A stretch of 59,985 bases of DNA, from contig JAYVSU010000069.1 of the NCBI GenBank assembly GCA_043775055.1, forward strand, positions 1 through 59,985, read 5' to 3'. This stretch comes from Polaromonas sp. GTDB lineage: Bacteria; Pseudomonadota; Gammaproteobacteria; Burkholderiales; Burkholderiaceae_C. Under the pieces are notes generated by a model. That model was given only the letters and a program-made list of their open reading frames with translations. It was not told the DNA's origin and searched no databases. Below are positions 1-7,293 of this stretch, piece after piece. Position 1 is the first letter of the stretch; every line of letters begins with the position of its first letter. Both the position numbers and the translations under genes were made by a program.

Positions 1-245
1 TGCTCTTGGACGAAGCCACCAGCGCCCTGGACGCCGAAAGCGAACGCATGGTCCAAGCCGCCCTGGAGTCCGCCATGACCGGCCGCACCACCCTGGTCGT
101 AGCCCACCGCCTAGCCACCGTCCAAAAAGCTGACCGAATAATAGTCCTAGACCACGGCCAAATCATCGAGCAAGGGACGCATACCGAGCTGGTAGCCAAA
201 GGTGGTTTGTATGCAAGGCTGGCGGAGTTGCAGTTTGGGGTATAA
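1..245 (+). CDS. ABC exporter (MsbA/ABCB-like) ATP-binding domain, C-terminal fragment; 5' end outside window
   Basis: Frame open from window edge; [10 protein letters not shown] (Walker B/D-loop) and TTLVVAHRL (H-loop); TAA at 243-245. Confidence 0.85.
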   Translation, partial: LLDEATSALDAESERMVQAALESAMTGRTTLVVAHRLATVQKADRIIVLDHGQIIEQGTHTELVAKGGLYARLAELQFGV

Positions 246-256
246 ACGGTGAATTT

Positions 257-333
257 AAGCGGTTTTTAGAGGTGAAAATGGCTGTAGCCGTCGTATTTAT
301 TGCCTGAGCAGATATTGTATTTGCAGCAAATTA
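257..333 (+). repeat. Intergenic repeat family, copy A
   Basis: Core ATGGCTGTAGCCGTCGTATTTATTGCCTGAGCAG at 278-311 recurs at 701, 1528, 22939 and reverse-strand 30173; begins 11 nt after the ABC gene stop. Confidence 0.8.
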
Positions 334-442
334 GAATTCAAATGACTTTTTTCCCCACTTTAAAAAAGGCGGCTAGGGAGATTTTCTTGAGCTATAGTTG
401 GGTTTCGCAGAATTTGCGGTATCAGCTAAGTTAAGCCTCCAT

Positions 443-667
443 ATGAGCAGAATTAATTGGGAAGGTCGAGGTAAAACAGTTTCTCAGCTGATTGAGGAAC
501 TTCTCACCTTTGAAAACCAAGGCATGGAAGTCAGAATATCAATGGACGGAGGAGATACATCAGTGCCAATCTCCTTAGTTGGAAAATCTAATAATAAATT
601 TGCTGTTCTACGAAACTGCCAAGAAATCCCAACTTTCATCAATCATCGATCCGATGAAAACTCGTAA
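443..667 (+). CDS. Hypothetical small protein (orphan; alternative TTG start at 398)
   Basis: Only an ORF; ATG at 443 has no clear Shine-Dalgarno; no motif I recognise; bracketed by repeat copies A and B. Confidence 0.35.
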   Translation: MSRINWEGRGKTVSQLIEELLTFENQGMEVRISMDGGDTSVPISLVGKSNNKFAVLRNCQEIPTFINHRSDENS

Positions 668-700
668 ATCGACTAAAAAATACCCACTTTGCATATTTTT

Positions 701-754
701 ACGCTTCTAGCTGTCGTATTTATTGCCCAACCAGCTACATTAACCATAGCAAAA
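701..754 (+). repeat. Intergenic repeat family, copy B (degenerate)
   Basis: ACGCTTCTAGCTGTCGTATTTATTGCCCAACCAG at 701-734 matches about 26 of 34 positions of copy A core by hand alignment; 33 nt after the stop at 667. Confidence 0.6.
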
Positions 755-866
755 TCCAATCTCCCCCAACGCCTCCCCAGCCGTCAATATCCGTACTGGC
801 AGCGCGTTTCAATCACCAATCAATCCTGATCTCCCATCGCCAGTCACGCGGTTGAAGTCAAAAAAG

Positions 867-895
867 GTGACATTAGGCACACAATTCGTTATACT
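867..895 (+). promoter_or_regulatory. Sigma70-type promoter of the brnT/brnA-like operon (predicts a leaderless mRNA)
   Basis: GTGACA (867-872), 17-nt spacer, TATACT (890-895); ATG of the toxin gene at 902, 7 nt after the -10; no SD upstream of that ATG. Confidence 0.5.
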
Positions 896-901
896 CCAAT
901 C

Positions 902-1189
902 ATGAAACCCTTTCGCTGGAGTCATGAAAAGAACGAAATGCTGAAGATGGAGCGTAGCGTTTCGTTTGAGGAAATCGTGCTGGCTATTGAAGCGGCTGGC
1001 TTGCTTGATGATTTGCCGCACCCTAACGCTAAGAAATACCCAAATCAATCCGTTTTGGTGGTGACATTTGAGGCTTATGTTTACTTGGTGCCATATGTGG
1101 AAGAAGCTAATTATTTCTTTTTGAAAACCATCATTCCAAGCAGAAAAGCCACCAGAGACTATTTAACGAGGAGTACGCCTGATGACTAA
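902..1189 (+). CDS. brnT: BrnT-like (DUF497/COG2929) type II toxin
   Basis: 95 aa; N-terminal F-W-x-x-K-N...SFEE and C-terminal IIPSRKAT resemble the BrnT family pattern; 8-nt overlap with downstream RHH antitoxin gene. Confidence 0.7.
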   Translation: MKPFRWSHEKNEMLKMERSVSFEEIVLAIEAAGLLDDLPHPNAKKYPNQSVLVVTFEAYVYLVPYVEEANYFFLKTIIPSRKATRDYLTRSTPDD

Positions 1190-1508
1190 AACTAACCCCA
1201 CAGCCAAGCCCGACTTCAAACTAGACGCCGAAGAGCAAGCGCTTTTGGACGCTTTTGAAGCGGGTGAGATGAAACCGACTTCGCCGTCTAAAGCCAGTTT
1301 GGCTAAGTTTAAAGCGGCTGCGAGTGCGACGTTTATCAAAGACAAGCGGATTAATATTCGTCTGTCATCACCAGATTTGATGGATATTCAAGCACGGGCG
1401 TTGGAAGAAGGACTGCCCTACCAAACGTTCATTGCAAGCATTTTGCATAAATACGCTTCTGGGCGCTTGTTTGAAAAGCCATCTAATTTAGCTAGAAGTA
1501 CTGGATGA
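1182..1508 (+). CDS. brnA: BrnA-like CopG/ribbon-helix-helix antitoxin
   Basis: 108 aa; C-terminal KRINIRLSSPDLMDIQARALEEGLPYQTFIASILHKYASGRL is an RHH antitoxin signature; strong SD GAGGAG 1168-1173; overlaps toxin stop. Confidence 0.7.
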   Translation: MTKTNPTAKPDFKLDAEEQALLDAFEAGEMKPTSPSKASLAKFKAAASATFIKDKRINIRLSSPDLMDIQARALEEGLPYQTFIASILHKYASGRLFEKPSNLARSTG

Positions 1509-1586
1509 AAGCCGTTTTAAGTAAGAAATGCTTGTAGCCGTCGTATTTTCTGGGTAGTTTGCTATTTATTTAGTAGTAATTTGCAT
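1509..1586 (+). repeat. Intergenic repeat family, copy C
   Basis: ATGCTTGTAGCCGTCGTATTT at 1528; 5' flank AAGCCGTTTTAAG parallels copy A flank AAGCGGTTTTTAG; starts directly after the brnA stop. Confidence 0.75.
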
Positions 1587-1704
1587 ATCTGAGCGCCAAT
1601 AATTGAAAAAATTGTGACTGATACAGCTTAAGCAAAGGTGTATATTGTGTCTAGCAGTCAGACTTATTGGTTGCCTGATTGCCAACTTGACTAGGAGAAT
1701 CCCC

Positions 1705-2001
1705 ATGATTGTGGTCTTAGGAAGCGTCACTGTTCAAGCAGGTAAGTTGGGTGAGGCGCTGGCGCTGAGTCAAACGCATGTGAAGCACTCGCGTGGTGAG
1801 TATGGCTGTGTGATGCATTCAGTCAACCACGATAGCGAGAACCCTGACAGGTTGGTTTTTGTGGAGAAATGGTCTAACCAAGATGCTTTGTTGGCGCACT
1901 TTGAAGCGCGGACTTCCCGCGCTTTTGCCAAGGCGATTGGCGAACTGGCCAGTGCGCCGCCCACGATTGAGGTTTACGCGGCGACGCAGGTGAATTTTTA
2001 G
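1705..2001 (+). CDS. ABM-domain (antibiotic biosynthesis monooxygenase-like) protein
   Basis: About 98 aa ferredoxin-like pattern (MIVVLGSVTVQAG...FVEKWSNQDALLAHF); SD AGGAGA 1693-1698 supports ATG at 1705 rather than the ORF-track start at 1645. Confidence 0.7.
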   Translation: MIVVLGSVTVQAGKLGEALALSQTHVKHSRGEYGCVMHSVNHDSENPDRLVFVEKWSNQDALLAHFEARTSRAFAKAIGELASAPPTIEVYAATQVNF

Positions 2002-2174
2002 TTGATTTGATGCTTTGTCAAACGTGCTGCTGGTTGTAGGACAAAGTCGTTGATAAGGTGGTTGGTCGTAAAAAGGGTATTCAAACGGGCTGCGAGTCTG
2101 TAGACTGAGCTATATATGGGTGGCACTTGACGACAAGCTGCTGCCTTGCACCCCCGCTTGAAAGGACTACAACT

Positions 2175-2666
2175 ATGCGATTATTTACTTTGTTATTGCT
2201 TCTTATTTTGACAGTTACAGGCGCTATTGCTGCGCTCAATTGGGCGGCTTTTGTCGCACCGGTCTATTTGTCACTGGGGTTTGCAGTCGTTAACATGCCT
2301 ATTGGCTTGCTGATGCTGGGGCTGCTGGTTAGCATCACGGTTCTGTTTTTGTTGTATGTGGTTTACATGCAAACGGCTTCGCTGCTGGAGACGCGTCGCT
2401 TGTCGCGCAAACTTGAGGCCAATATTGCTTTGGCTGAAAAAGCGGAGGCATCACGCTTCACTGAGCTGCGCAGTGCGCTGGAGTCTGAAATGGTCAAGCA
2501 GGCGAATCGGGAAGCTGAATCCAGAGCCACAATGCTGGCCAGGATTGACCTGCTGGGTAAAGAGCTGAATGTGTCATTGGGTCAGTCAACCAACACGTTG
2601 GCCGCGCATATTGGGGAGTTTGAGGACCGGTTTGTGAAGACGACGTCGCTGGTCAAACCTGTTTAG
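2175..2666 (+). CDS. LapA-domain-like inner membrane protein with C-terminal coiled coil
   Basis: Two N-terminal hydrophobic helices followed by a charged heptad-like region; start taken at MRLFTLLLL (2175). Confidence 0.55.
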   Translation: MRLFTLLLLLILTVTGAIAALNWAAFVAPVYLSLGFAVVNMPIGLLMLGLLVSITVLFLLYVVYMQTASLLETRRLSRKLEANIALAEKAEASRFTELRSALESEMVKQANREAESRATMLARIDLLGKELNVSLGQSTNTLAAHIGEFEDRFVKTTSLVKPV

Positions 2667-2726
2667 TTGCTCAAATCAAACGCGCTTTGGGCGGCATTGA
2701 TAGCGCAACATAATCTGGCATAAAAC

Positions 2727-2759
2727 TATGCAAATTATGCGTAATGCATTTTATGCATA
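2727..2759. promoter_or_regulatory. Candidate operator upstream of gdhA: clustered ATGCA/TGCAT motifs
   Basis: ATGC(A/G) at 2728, 2737, 2744, 2753; perfect ATGCA-N5-TGCAT inverted repeat at 2744-2758; about 95 nt upstream of the gdhA ATG. Confidence 0.25.
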
Positions 2760-2851
2760 ACTAAACCTTATCTTGGCCTTAGACAAGTGCCTTGCAGAGT
2801 TTTAAGCTTCGGGCTTGAACCTTTCAATCTCAAGGACTTTCAAGGATTTAT

Positions 2852-4180
2852 ATGTTGCACCCAACTACACATGCCACCGCCACCACGGCTGCTGGCAAAG
2901 CGCCCGCCTCCACCCTTCCTTCTTACCTGCAGGCTGACAATCTTGGTCCGTGGGGCAATTATTTGCAGCAAGTTGACCGCGTGGTGCCTTATTTGGGCAA
3001 CCTCGGGCGCTGGGCGGATACCCTGAAACGGCCAAAACGCATTTTGATTGTGGATGTGCCGATTCATTTGGACAACGGCACGATCCAGCATTTTGAAGGC
3101 TACCGCGTACAACACAATACATCACGCGGCCCAGGCAAGGGTGGCGTGCGGTTTCACCAAGATGTGACTTTGTCGGAAGTGATGGCGCTGTCGGCTTGGA
3201 TGTCGATCAAAAACGCGGCCGTCAACGTGCCTTACGGCGGTGCCAAAGGTGGCATTCGGGTTGACCCAAAAACCTTGTCGATAGGTGAGTTGGAGCGTAT
3301 GACGCGCCGCTACACGAGTGAGATTGGCATCATCATCGGGCCAACGAAGGATATTCCTGCACCGGACGTGAACACGAATGAGCAAATCATGGCGTGGATG
3401 ATGGACACGTACTCAATGAATGAAGGCGCAACGGCAACCGGTGTTGTGACTGGAAAGCCTATCCATTTGGGTGGCTCTTTAGGACGCAAAGACGCGACGG
3501 GACGTGGTGTGTACACCGTGGGTGTGGAAGCAGCACACCACATTGGGCTTGAAATCAAGGGCGCACGCATTGCAGTGCAGGGTTTTGGCAACGTAGGCGG
3601 CGTGGCTGGGAGGCTGTTTACCGAAGCTGGCGCGACTGTTGTAGCGGTGCAGGACCACGGCGGCACGATTTACAAAGCGGGCGGCTTGAACGTGCCAGCC
3701 TTGCTTAAGCATGTGGCTGAAGTAGGCAGCGTGGCGGGTTTTGCGGGCGCTGAGGTGATTGCCAACGAGCTGTTTTGGGAAGTGGATTGCGACATTTTGA
3801 TTCCGGCCGCGCTGGAGTCGCAAATCACAGCAGCCAATGCAGGCAAAATCAAAGCCAAAATGGTGATTGAAGGTGCCAACGGCCCGACGACACCTGCTGC
3901 TGACGATATTTTGCAAGAGCGCGGCGTGCTGGTGTTGCCTGACGTGATTGCTAATGCGGGTGGCGTGACGGTGAGCTATTTTGAATGGGTGCAGGATTTC
4001 TCAAGCTTCTTCTGGGATGAAGATGAGATCAACGCGCGCTTGGTCAAAATCATGAAAGACGCTTTTGCTGGCGTGTGGGCGGTGGCGCAGGAGCATAAAG
4101 TGAGCTTGCGGACAGCTACGTTTATTGTGGCTTGCAAGCGGATTTTGCATGCGCGTGAGTTGCGCGGACTGTATCCTTGA
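2852..4180 (+). CDS. gdhA: Glutamate dehydrogenase (Glu/Leu/Phe/Val dehydrogenase family)
   Basis: 442 aa; catalytic-region motif [10 protein letters not shown], Rossmann GFGNVG; SD AAGGA 5 nt upstream of ATG. Confidence 0.9.
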   Translation: MLHPTTHATATTAAGKAPASTLPSYLQADNLGPWGNYLQQVDRVVPYLGNLGRWADTLKRPKRILIVDVPIHLDNGTIQHFEGYRVQHNTSRGPGKGGVRFHQDVTLSEVMALSAWMSIKNAAVNVPYGGAKGGIRVDPKTLSIGELERMTRRYTSEIGIIIGPTKDIPAPDVNTNEQIMAWMMDTYSMNEGATATGVVTGKPIHLGGSLGRKDATGRGVYTVGVEAAHHIGLEIKGARIAVQGFGNVGGVAGRLFTEAGATVVAVQDHGGTIYKAGGLNVPALLKHVAEVGSVAGFAGAEVIANELFWEVDCDILIPAALESQITAANAGKIKAKMVIEGANGPTTPAADDILQERGVLVLPDVIANAGGVTVSYFEWVQDFSSFFWDEDEINARLVKIMKDAFAGVWAVAQEHKVSLRTATFIVACKRILHARELRGLYP

Positions 4181-4204
4181 TTTTTATCCTTAATTGAGTG
4201 GACG

Positions 4205-4789
4205 TTAGTTCAAAGGACGTTTAAGCGATTGCGGGAGGGCCAGCGGCATGACGTCGATGCCCTCCTCGATCAGCTCCATGGTTTCGTCCTGCGTGGCTTG
4301 GCCACGGATGGCGCGTTCATGGGTCTCGCCATAATGGATTTTGCGGGCTTCTTCGGCAAAGTCGCTGCCTACATCTTCGGTGTTTTTCATGATCTGTTGA
4401 GCCATCTGCATCCACGCGGCTTGCATGGCGGCAGCTACTTCGACAGACACGGGCGAGCGGTCATGCGACATCACGCTTTGCACCAACGCCGGCAACTGGG
4501 ATGCGCTAGAAGCCGCTTCCGACGAAGCTTCGATGTTGGAAGATGAAACGCCATTACCGGATTCAGGTTTTGCCGTAGACGCAGCCTCCTTGGCTAGCGA
4601 CGACTCATTCGTATCACGCGATCTACCCAGATTGATACGCGGTGCACTGAGCATTTTGCTGATGTGCGCATCGCCGCAGAGCGGGCATTCGACCAAACCA
4701 CGCGCTAATTGGCTCTGAAAATCGTCTTCAGAGCCAAACCAGCCTTCAAAGGTATGTCGCTGTTGGCATTGAAGATCAAGAACTTTCAT
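4205..4789 (-). CDS. DUF1178 family zinc-ribbon protein
   Basis: N-terminal CxxxH...CPLCG pattern, Ser/Ala-rich linker; conserved position after the nuo/NUDIX cluster. Confidence 0.7.
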   Translation of the reverse strand: MKVLDLQCQQRHTFEGWFGSEDDFQSQLARGLVECPLCGDAHISKMLSAPRINLGRSRDTNESSLAKEAASTAKPESGNGVSSSNIEASSEAASSASQLPALVQSVMSHDRSPVSVEVAAAMQAAWMQMAQQIMKNTEDVGSDFAEEARKIHYGETHERAIRGQATQDETMELIEEGIDVMPLALPQSLKRPLN

Positions 4790-4817
4790 GCCCGCATTAT
4801 CCTGCCAAGTTTGACTG

Positions 4818-5402
4818 TCACGCTGGTTGCCAGTTCAAGGACCACGCACCTGAGAGGACATTTTGAAGCCAAAGCGTGCACGTTAAGGTCTTGGCATCAG
4901 TGACTTTGCCTTCACTGCACATCTGCAAGAGTTCAGCAGGCGTAGCGGTGATAACGTCTAAAAACTCGCCATCGTCCAAGCAGCGCTCTCCTAAGCTCAG
5001 GCCCTTGGCAAAATAAACGTGGATGACTTCGGTAGAGTACGCAATGGCCAAATGCATGGGGCCAGCGCAGGCCCAATGGGTCGCGCTGTAGCCCGTTTCT
5101 TCAAGCAGCTCGCGTTGACCACACAAGAGTGGGTCTTCACCCGTTTCAAGCTTGCCGGCGGGGAACTCGATCATCACCTGCCCAATGGGGTAGCGAAATT
5201 GGCGCTCCAAAATCACACGGCCATCATCCAGCAAAGCAATGACGACGACTGCTCCTGGATGCACCACATACTCACGGGTAGCGTGCTTGCCGCTGGGTAA
5301 GCGCACGGTATCGCGCAGGATATGGAGGAAATTACCTTTGCAGATCACATCGCTGCTGACAGCCGTTTCTACAAGGTGGCTCTCAGAGTGGTCAGTTGCC
5401 AT
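4818..5402 (-). CDS. NUDIX hydrolase (ADP-ribose pyrophosphatase-like)
   Basis: Nudix box GKLETGEDPLLCGQRELLEETG. Confidence 0.85.
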   Translation of the reverse strand: MATDHSESHLVETAVSSDVICKGNFLHILRDTVRLPSGKHATREYVVHPGAVVVIALLDDGRVILERQFRYPIGQVMIEFPAGKLETGEDPLLCGQRELLEETGYSATHWACAGPMHLAIAYSTEVIHVYFAKGLSLGERCLDDGEFLDVITATPAELLQMCSEGKVTDAKTLTCTLWLQNVLSGAWSLNWQPA

Positions 5403-5419
5403 GATGCTTATGTTTCAGT

Positions 5420-5716
5420 CTAGTGCTTCAGTAAATACCGATAAATAAAACCTGGGAAGGCTAAAGTCAAAAACAAAGCGCCTGTGATAGCGTAAAACTC
5501 CCAGTTTTGCGGTGCGATTTGGCCAGCACGGTTTTCAAGCAGCAAGCCCAAACCACCAACCAAAAAATAAAATACGGTCATTTCCAGCAATCGCCAAGCC
5601 AACGTTTTAGGTTCCATCGTCGTGTAAAAAAGAAACAATTTTTTAGTTATGAATGCTAAATTAGCACCCAAGACGGCAGCCAATAAAACAAGCCACACAG
5701 AAGCAGTTTGACTCAT
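5420..5716 (-). CDS. DUF2818-like small membrane protein
   Basis: 98 aa, three hydrophobic helices, immediately downstream of nuoN. Confidence 0.6.
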   Translation of the reverse strand: MSQTASVWLVLLAAVLGANLAFITKKLFLFYTTMEPKTLAWRLLEMTVFYFLVGGLGLLLENRAGQIAPQNWEFYAITGALFLTLAFPGFIYRYLLKH

Positions 5717-5740
5717 GGCTCAATACGCAGAATGCTAGGC

Positions 5741-7228
5741 TTAGGTGCTGAGCGTTTTAATAATCGCATCGGCACACAAGGTCATCAAACCACTTGGGAA
5801 GAGGCCCAGTATCAAAACCAGAGCGCCATTGATGGTCAATACTGTACGCACATCTGCTGAAGCAGACACGGTGGTTGAGGTGATGGGTTCATCAAAATAC
5901 ATGACCTTAACCACGCGCAAGTAGTAGAACGCGCCAATCAAAGACATCATCACGGCAAAAACTGCGAGTGCAATGCTAGGCGTTTGCCCAGAAGACACCA
6001 AAGCTTGCAAGACCGACAATTTAGCGTAAAAACCGACCATCGGTGGCACGCCAGCAAGCGAGAACATGCAAATCGCCATAATGGCGGCATACAGTGGGCT
6101 GCGCTGGTTCAAGCCGGCCAAGTCGGTAATTTCGTCGCTCTCAAAACCGTCGCGGGCCAGCAACAAGATCACACCGAAGCTTGCCAATGTCGTGATCACA
6201 TAGGTAATGACGTAGAACATCGACGCGCTATAGGCCGTTGTTGCAGACAAGGTGTTGCCGTTGACGATGCCAGACAGTAAACCAATCAATACAAAACCCA
6301 TTTGCGAGATGGTGGAATACGCCAACATACGCTTCAAATTGGTTTGCGCAATCGCGGCCAAGTTACCCACCAGCAAAGAGCCGATAGCGAGCACGGCCAA
6401 CATTTGCTGCCAGTCAATCGCCAAAGGCAACATACCTTCAACCAACAAACGAATCGTGATGGCAAATGCCGCCAACTTGGGGGCGCCGCCAATCATCAAA
6501 GTGATGGAAGTGGGTGCGCCTTGATAAACGTCAGGCACCCACATGTGAAATGGCACGACACCGAGTTTGAAACCGAGACCCGCAACGATGAATACCAATC
6601 CGAAGACCAATACTTGGTGCTTCACCACACCTGTGTTGATCGCCTTGAAAACCGCACCGATGTCCAAGCTGCCTGTTGCGCCGTACATCATGGACAAGCC
6701 GTAAAGCAAAAATCCACTTGCCAACGCGCCAAGTACAAAATATTTCATGGCAGCTTCTGACGCGGTGGCATTGTCACGGCGCAAGGCAACCAAAGCGTAG
6801 CTGGAGAGCGTGAGCAATTCCAGACCCAAATAGATAACCAAGAAGTTGTTACCTGACATCATAATAAACATGCCAAGCAACGAGAACATGCCAAGGGTGA
6901 AAACTTCGCCGCCGCGCATCATGCCGCGATCGGCAGAGTAAGGACGACCGTAAATCAAGGTGACCATCATGGCAATGGATGCAAAGCACTTGAGCCAGTT
7001 AGACATAGGGTCGCTCACGGTCATGTTGCCAAAACCGTAGATTGTTTGGCCGCCTGTGGCATATAAAGCCTGAAGAAAAGCCACAACAGCTAAAGTCAAC
7101 AAGGTCAACACATAGGTTGCGGTGCGGCGCGGGCTGGTCACGGCCAGATCTACCAATGCAATCACACAAGCCATCACCAGCAAGACGATTTCAGGGTAAA
7201 TAGCGATCCAACTTAGTTTGTCAATCAT
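5741..7228 (-). CDS. nuoN: NADH-quinone oxidoreductase subunit N
   Basis: 495 aa polytopic antiporter-like subunit; last gene of the nuo operon. Confidence 0.95.
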   Translation of the reverse strand: MIDKLSWIAIYPEIVLLVMACVIALVDLAVTSPRRTATYVLTLLTLAVVAFLQALYATGGQTIYGFGNMTVSDPMSNWLKCFASIAMMVTLIYGRPYSADRGMMRGGEVFTLGMFSLLGMFIMMSGNNFLVIYLGLELLTLSSYALVALRRDNATASEAAMKYFVLGALASGFLLYGLSMMYGATGSLDIGAVFKAINTGVVKHQVLVFGLVFIVAGLGFKLGVVPFHMWVPDVYQGAPTSITLMIGGAPKLAAFAITIRLLVEGMLPLAIDWQQMLAVLAIGSLLVGNLAAIAQTNLKRMLAYSTISQMGFVLIGLLSGIVNGNTLSATTAYSASMFYVITYVITTLASFGVILLLARDGFESDEITDLAGLNQRSPLYAAIMAICMFSLAGVPPMVGFYAKLSVLQALVSSGQTPSIALAVFAVMMSLIGAFYYLRVVKVMYFDEPITSTTVSASADVRTVLTINGALVLILGLFPSGLMTLCADAIIKTLST

Positions 7229-7293
7229 CTTAAATCTTCAGTTTTGTGCAATTAGGAGCCAAATACGCGTGTTTGACGGTGAGGTCAATTAAC

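Noticed and set aside
287-298. Resemblance of GCCGTCGTATTT in the repeat to the Neisseria DNA uptake sequence GCCGTCTGAA
   Set aside because: It lacks the conserved CTGAA end. Five copies in 60 kb, three of them clustered, is far below the density of uptake sequences, and the conserved unit is much longer than a 10-12-mer.
809-1048. 79-aa minus-strand ORF overlapping the brnT-like gene and its promoter
   Set aside because: The overlapping plus-strand gene has family-like motifs and an operon partner. The minus-strand ORF has no start context or recognisable features.
257-1586. Interpretation of the three left-end repeats as integron attC sites (a CALIN)
   Set aside because: Same-orientation cassettes with repeats just after stop codons fit. 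However, I cannot find paired R''/R' boxes (RYYYAAC...GTTRRRY) or the extended imperfect dyad in copies A-C. The lone GTTGGGT at 397-403 is within chance expectation. No intI is present. The idea is kept only as something to test with a covariance model.
2716-2732. Sigma54-like element TGGCAT-N-TATGCA upstream of gdhA
   Set aside because: The GG-to-GC distance is 13 nt rather than the strict 12 nt of TGGCAC-N5-TTGC, and the -12 element lacks TTGC. I treat it as part of the ATGCA motif cluster and not as an RpoN promoter.
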